This document shows positions 15,333-20,328 of a DNA stretch of 20,328 bases, piece by piece. The position numbers and the translations under genes were made by a program. The notes under the pieces were generated by a model. That model saw only the letters and a list, made by a program, of their open reading frames with translations, had not been told where the DNA came from and did not search any database. The DNA comes from Planctomycetota bacterium (GTDB taxonomy: Bacteria; Planctomycetota; SZUA-567; H5-PLA8). The DNA lies in contig BTVV01000112.1 in assembly GCA_045863855.1 (NCBI GenBank), forward strand, positions 1-20,328, in the 5' to 3' direction. Each line of letters starts with the position of its first letter. The stretch's first letter is position 1.

Positions 15333-16001
15333 ATGAACGAGCTTCATTTGCTCCTCACGGAAGTACCTCAGCGCCGCAACCTCGGCTCGCATGCCGGTCC
15401 TGGAGTCCGACACAGGCAGCGCAACCTTTCCATCACCCAACCCGGAGCGCATCGTGCTTTCTGGGCCGGCGCGGGCCGCTCGGCCAGCGCATCTTCCACG
15501 CAACTACGCCCCCAAGCCATCCCGCTCGGCGCCGATGTTGAGGGCGATGCGCACCGCTCGTTACAGACCGCGATCCGGCCGAAGCGTGTTCTGTTGGTCG
15601 AGGGCGATACGTGGAGCAGACAAGTTTTGAGTCGCATGATTGAAGGCCGCGGCCTGGACGTTTGTGCGGCCGGCGACGGGTTCACGGCCCTGCAGCGCCT
15701 GCAATCCGGAGTGGCCTTCGATCTTGTGCTGTTGGGGCTTGAACTTCCGGGCGGCGGCGGGATGGGCCTGCTCAACCGTATGCGCGCGGACGGCCTCCAA
15801 ACGCAAGTGGTGGTGCTTGCGCGGCAAGCCTCTGGACGAACCATCATGGCCTGTCACAAGGTCGGCATCGCCTATTGGTTGTCGAAGCCGATTTCGGAGG
15901 TGGAACTGGATCTCGCGCTTGATTTCACCGTCGGCGAAAACTCGCCCGAAGAGCGAACCGCCATTCTGGCGCGCTTGAACGCACTGACCGAACGCGACTG
16001 A
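15333..16001 (+). CDS. Pseudo-receiver protein (phospho-Asp replaced by Gly) with low-complexity N-terminal extension
   Basis: VLLVEGD, AGDGFTAL, FDLVLLGLELPGGGG, VVVLA, WLSKP; GAGGG RBS. Start uncertain. Confidence 0.75.
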   Translation: MNELHLLLTEVPQRRNLGSHAGPGVRHRQRNLSITQPGAHRAFWAGAGRSASASSTQLRPQAIPLGADVEGDAHRSLQTAIRPKRVLLVEGDTWSRQVLSRMIEGRGLDVCAAGDGFTALQRLQSGVAFDLVLLGLELPGGGGMGLLNRMRADGLQTQVVVLARQASGRTIMACHKVGIAYWLSKPISEVELDLALDFTVGENSPEERTAILARLNALTERD

Positions 16002-16010
16002 CACCTGCGG

Positions 16011-18404
16011 TCAGGGCGGTTCGGAGGTCCACACATACGGCATTCCCCTATTCGGATCGGACCATTGCCAGCCGCGACCTTGCTCATCGGCGCCTCGAAA
16101 CCGAATCAGGAGGCCGCCTGGAGGCGCCGGAAGGTCGATCGCGTACAAACCGGTGGACCCCCGAAGGCTTCGCGCCTCCCAATCCCGCTCGCTGCGCAAG
16201 GGCTTGAACAGCACTTCGATTCCCACAGGCTGGCGCCCCAGCGGCGGAAAGCGCAGCTCGATTCGCGTTCTACCTTCACGGAGTTCCACCTGTAATGCCG
16301 GCACATCCAGGTCCGCGGGCGTCTGGGTCGCGCGCTCCCATAGGCGCGGCTTATCGACCCAATCGGTCCCTTCCTTACCGCGCTCGGAAAGACGCTGCAG
16401 GGACTCAGCCACGCGCACCAATCTCGGCGTCATGGAAGCCCAAGTGAAATCGGCGCCGGCGCGGAGCGGATCTTGAACGGGCAGAAAGACACGGTCGGAT
16501 TCGTCCGCCAACACTCGCCACGCCGCGACAGATGCGTTCATCTCGTCCGCGGCGATGCGAGCCCAGCGCGGATCGACGCCCTTGCGGAGTAACGCCCAAG
16601 CGCACAGCGCTCGCCAGCGTGCGGCGGTTGAAGCGCCTAACGCGGCCAGTGCGCGCGCTTCGGCGCAAAGCTCGATGAGCGCCTCCGGTGCGTGGGCGGC
16701 TTCGATACGCGCCAAAAGCGCATTCGCTTCTCTGCGCACTTCGGCGGCATTGACATCCAACGTCGCGGCCGCTTGCCAAGGAGATTCGCGCCATTCCTGG
16801 CGGCCTTCGGCCACAGCCGCGGCCCATTCCAACGGCGAACATCCGCGCGCGCTGTCCAAAGGCGCCAGCGCCGCCCAAGCCTCGAGCGAACGAGGCGCGC
16901 CGGACTTCCCGCGTTCGAGCAATCCCGGCTCCAACTCCGGCGCCGACTCGCGATGATCCAGCCCGGGACACGCGCCGGCGTAAACCTGAGGCACGATACG
17001 GCTCATGCGCGCAAGCAGAGCAAAGGCCTGCAAGCCGGACTCAGGTCCGTGGCGTCGGACTGCCGCGCGCGCAAGTACGCCGTTCGATTCGAGCGGATCG
17101 TAAGTCAGCCGGCCCCAGTTGCGGTAGAAGTCCGCATTCAGTTCGAATTCGTAACGCATGCCCGGCGGCGGATTGCGGTGCCGGGCACTCAGTTCGGGCG
17201 CACCGTACGCCCAGGCCGGTTCCAGCGAGAAGCCGCGTGCGCCGCCGAGGCGGAAACTCCGCGCCGCCGTGCGTATGAATTCCGGATCGGCCCATCGAAA
17301 TACGCGATGCGTCCCTGCCGCGCGCACCTGCCAGACGGGCTGGAAATTTCGATTCGGCAGCAGGAAGTCCTGAAAGCCGTAATCTTCGCCGCGGCCGTGA
17401 ACCGCCGGGTAAGGCAGACCCAGATGCTCGCCGTTGAACTTGAGTTCCACTCCCAGCGCGCCGCCGGCCGCGCGCGAAAGTTTGCGCACGGTATCGAGAT
17501 CGGTGCCCCAAGAGCGCGTGTAGAAGGCGCCTTGGAAGCCCGCTCGCCGAGCCGGCTCTACGTATACCTCCTCGAAAAACTTGACGCCGTCGGCGCCTGA
17601 CCGCTTGAGCCGCGCCCCGAACCAGGCAAGGCCGGGAACGTCACGCACGATTCGCGCAGCCGCGCCGGCGTCGTCTTCGATGCGCTCTTCCTTGCCCCGA
17701 CCGTAATTCATGAGCCCCACGCGAATACCGCGCGCAGCAGCATGTTCGACGATTCGCTTCAAGACCGCTCGGTACCGAGCCGCATCCTCCCCTGCTCCAC
17801 CCAATAGCACCACCGCATCGCCAAAGGCGGTGCTCTGCGGTTGATACGTGCCGTGAAGATCGATCAGGTTGAAGCGGCTGTAAGCGAGCAAAGCCAACAG
17901 CTTGCTCCAGCACTCGGCGTCTTCGAACCAGGCGGCCAGCTTACCATGGGCACCGACATGCAGGAACAGGTTTAGGGCTCGTAAGTCCACGAACGGACGC
18001 TGCGCACGTGGAACCAGCCGGGCGCGCACGCTCTTCCAGTCCTGGCGTGGCTGGGAATCCGCTAATTGTTCGGCCAATTCGAGCAAGCCGTACATCGCCC
18101 CGGCGCCGTCGCCGCCGCGTATCGTGATAGGCCCGTCGGTGGGCGCCAAAAGGTCGTACGCTTCCGCGCCAAGCGTCGAACCGGAAGCCGGGATTTCGAC
18201 CCGTATCGACTGCGGGGGAAGTCCTGCAAGAGAGCCTGAACGCTCCAGCACGCCCAGGACTTCACCTGCCGCCCACCGCACGGCATCCGGCGGGCGGTCG
18301 GGAAGCACGAGTACGTCGGAGTCTTCAGCCTGGAGCGCCAGAGGCAGGAGCCAGCAGACCCCAACCCATGCCATCCATAGAAACGTGCGTGAGGTAACGT
18401 TCAC
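16011..18404 (-). CDS. Secreted putative glycoside hydrolase (GH20/GH67-like N-terminal domain; resembles GH138)
   Basis: Signal peptide ending ALQA|ED; EAYDL...ITIRGGDGAGAMYGLLELAEQL followed by a barrel with RFNLIDLH, TRSWG, KFNGEHLGLPY, GTHRVFRWADPEF, WGRLTYDP. Family assignment is from memory only. Confidence 0.6.
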   Translation of the reverse strand: MNVTSRTFLWMAWVGVCWLLPLALQAEDSDVLVLPDRPPDAVRWAAGEVLGVLERSGSLAGLPPQSIRVEIPASGSTLGAEAYDLLAPTDGPITIRGGDGAGAMYGLLELAEQLADSQPRQDWKSVRARLVPRAQRPFVDLRALNLFLHVGAHGKLAAWFEDAECWSKLLALLAYSRFNLIDLHGTYQPQSTAFGDAVVLLGGAGEDAARYRAVLKRIVEHAAARGIRVGLMNYGRGKEERIEDDAGAAARIVRDVPGLAWFGARLKRSGADGVKFFEEVYVEPARRAGFQGAFYTRSWGTDLDTVRKLSRAAGGALGVELKFNGEHLGLPYPAVHGRGEDYGFQDFLLPNRNFQPVWQVRAAGTHRVFRWADPEFIRTAARSFRLGGARGFSLEPAWAYGAPELSARHRNPPPGMRYEFELNADFYRNWGRLTYDPLESNGVLARAAVRRHGPESGLQAFALLARMSRIVPQVYAGACPGLDHRESAPELEPGLLERGKSGAPRSLEAWAALAPLDSARGCSPLEWAAAVAEGRQEWRESPWQAAATLDVNAAEVRREANALLARIEAAHAPEALIELCAEARALAALGASTAARWRALCAWALLRKGVDPRWARIAADEMNASVAAWRVLADESDRVFLPVQDPLRAGADFTWASMTPRLVRVAESLQRLSERGKEGTDWVDKPRLWERATQTPADLDVPALQVELREGRTRIELRFPPLGRQPVGIEVLFKPLRSERDWEARSLRGSTGLYAIDLPAPPGGLLIRFRGADEQGRGWQWSDPNRGMPYVWTSEPP

Positions 18405-18591
18405 GTGAGTCTCGGCGCCAAATGGACCCCAAGCGCGGCCATGCGGCCGCCGTCCGGCTCAACCGACCAGTGCCTGCCACGGTACACGGTCGCTACCGTG
18501 CGTAAAACCTAAGTCATGGACTGGCAGGCGCATATTGAACTAGGTAATATGCACAACGGGGCGTTCAGCACTTTTAGGGAGTATCCAAAAC

Positions 18592-19230
18592 ATGGCCAAG
18601 CCGGCCAACTGGAAGTTGCGAGCCGCGATTGCAATTGCCGTGCTTTTCCTGGGCGGGATCGGGTTTGTGTTCTCGTCCACCGGCTTTGAGGTTATGCGTG
18701 ACAAGCTGCGCCTAGCCTATCAAGAAGCGCCGGAGAACGAACGGAGCACCCATTGGGCAGCGGACTACTGGCTGCAATTGGCTTGGTTCGAGGGTTTTAT
18801 CTGCGGAAGACGTGAAATCGCCAACGAGTTGTACTTCGAGTTTATCGGCATCCAACCCACGGACGGCATGTCTTTTATCGATCGCTATCGCAAGACTGGC
18901 ATGCTTAAGTGGAACGGCCTGATGGATCCTGACACCAAGAACCGAAACGGCTGGGGCATTTGGCACGATCGATCGCCGGAAGCCTTCTTTAACTACCTGG
19001 AATTGAATCAATCTTTCCACTCCGCACAATCCTTGTCCGCCGAAGCCGAGATTTATCACATCGTCTTTCACGACCTGTACATGCGCGTAACTCGGTCGCA
19101 GCGTCCACACCCGAAATTTTACGTCTGGTGGAACAAGGTCGACACGCGCTTTTATAAGGCTTGGCGTGGCGCCACACCCTTGAAGGTGGTCCCGATGCCC
19201 TCAGGCTATGAAGGACCACCCGTGGAGTAG
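18592..19230 (+). CDS. Hypothetical membrane-anchored protein
   Basis: GGGAG RBS; hydrophobic AAIAIAVLFLGGIGFVF after a basic N-terminus; aromatic-rich globular remainder. No family recognised. Confidence 0.75.
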   Translation: MAKPANWKLRAAIAIAVLFLGGIGFVFSSTGFEVMRDKLRLAYQEAPENERSTHWAADYWLQLAWFEGFICGRREIANELYFEFIGIQPTDGMSFIDRYRKTGMLKWNGLMDPDTKNRNGWGIWHDRSPEAFFNYLELNQSFHSAQSLSAEAEIYHIVFHDLYMRVTRSQRPHPKFYVWWNKVDTRFYKAWRGATPLKVVPMPSGYEGPPVE

Positions 19231-19410
19231 TTGCAAGTCGTAGCCTGGAATTGTATTACGAGGTTTTTCCGAAGCCCGAGCCAAGTCTACTTTTCGGCTA
19301 AGTGCACCAGTGCAACAAGCGTCTGCCTTGCGAACTCGGCGGCTAAGTGGTTACAAAGTCCACCGAATGGACGTCCCATCAATAGGTTATACCAAGGGCG
19401 TCGTCCACGG

Positions 19411-20328
19411 ATGCAGATCATGCGTATGACTCGGACGTGGTTGCCGAGCTTCCAAGCCGCCTTGGCGTTGGGGTGTGCCTTGCTTGCGTTCCTCGGGCAG
19501 CAGGCGGCAGCCGAAGATGCAAAGGTTCCACTCAAATCGCTAATCGATCAGTTGCGAACCGCGGACCTTGCACAAATCAAAAAGGTCGAGCAGGAATTGA
19601 TCGGTTTGCCGGCCGCACGCACGCTCGAGTTAATGCGCGCATTTCAATCCGAGCGCGATCTGCAAGCTGCTCGCCACTTGGCGCATGTGCTTACCAAACG
19701 AGGCGTTCTCTTCGCGGCCGTTACCGATCTTCCGCAAGCCATCCAACCCGAAGTTCGCAGACTTGCCGCGGCCTACTTGGGCGCCTCCGACGCACCGGCA
19801 CTCCGGCAAGCGCGCGTTGAGCTTGCCGCGTGGGGCCATGCCGGCGCCCCCTATTTGTTGACTGCATTGAACAACCGCGGACAGCCCCTACCTCGCCGTC
19901 GCGCCGCCGCGGCGTTGGCGGACATGACGCATGCCCCGGCTTATTCCGTACTGGTGGAAAGCTTGGAGGACGATGCGGCGTATAGCGAAGTGCGGGGCGA
20001 ACTGCTGGCGCACCCGGTAGGCGCCGCCGAAGCGCTGATTCGAGACGGTATGGGCGCGCGCTCCGAGCGCATCCGCAGGCGTGCGGCTGAACTCCTCGGC
20101 TGGCTGAACCCTCAAAATTCTGGCGCTCAGGCCGTACCGACCCTGCTGAAAGGCTTGAGCGACCGGCAGCCGGCGGTGGTGCTGGCATGCCAGATTGCGC
20201 TGGCCAATCTGGCCGACGAATCCCTTTTCGAAACGCTGCTGAAGCAAATTCAGCAAGCTCCTCCCGCCGACCGGCTCCAGGCGCACGCCGCGGCCGTGGG
20301 TCTGGCGCGCGCGGCCGGTGCAGCCCAC
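19411..20328 (+). CDS. Exported HEAT-repeat protein (3' truncated by window end)
   Basis: Hand-translated open frame absent from the ORF track: MQIMRMTRTWLPSFQAALALGCALLAFLGQQAAA|ED..., then RRRAAAALA...LVESLED, IRRRAAELLG...AVPTLLKGLSDRQPAVVLACQIALANL. No stop before 20328. Start 19411, 19420 or 19426. Confidence 0.82.
   Translation, partial: MQIMRMTRTWLPSFQAALALGCALLAFLGQQAAAEDAKVPLKSLIDQLRTADLAQIKKVEQELIGLPAARTLELMRAFQSERDLQAARHLAHVLTKRGVLFAAVTDLPQAIQPEVRRLAAAYLGASDAPALRQARVELAAWGHAGAPYLLTALNNRGQPLPRRRAAAALADMTHAPAYSVLVESLEDDAAYSEVRGELLAHPVGAAEALIRDGMGARSERIRRRAAELLGWLNPQNSGAQAVPTLLKGLSDRQPAVVLACQIALANLADESLFETLLKQIQQAPPADRLQAHAAAVGLARAAGAAH

Noticed and set aside
18521..18540. Sigma54 promoter (TGGCA...TTGA)
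   Set aside because: The -24/-12 spacing is wrong and the GC at -12 is absent.
1..20328. CRISPR array, transposase, phage or defence genes
   Set aside because: No repeat-spacer periodicity or recognisable motifs. The only tandem repeat (7288-7434) is coding and degenerate.

Overview
High-GC bacterial chromosomal window. The ECF/FecR pair, HEAT-repeat exported protein and orphan glycoside hydrolases suggest Planctomycetota/PVC, which is an inference. Left to right: tRNA-Ser(GCT) with a possible integration boundary at its 3' side; a thiO-like oxidase, conserved hypothetical and lactonase operon; a GntR/LacI-type (AraR-like) regulator; an NDP-sugar epimerase; and an ECF sigma with a FecR-like anti-sigma. 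These are followed by an MshEN+PilZ protein, a cytidylate-kinase-like gene preceded by a small ORF with signal peptide, CxxC and C-terminal RGPP, and a divergent RsbW-like kinase / STAS pair. The right half holds an AraC regulator with a large secreted clan GH-A hydrolase, two degenerate receiver proteins, a GH138-like secreted protein, a membrane-anchored unknown and a truncated HEAT-repeat protein. The best leads are the putative RGPP ribosome-arrest leader with a structured spacer, a probable internal SD+ATG+signal peptide inside the FecR gene, the tandem c-di-GMP receptor, and receivers with complementary active-site defects. No CRISPR, transposase or rRNA was seen. All calls come from reading motifs by eye; no searches were run.
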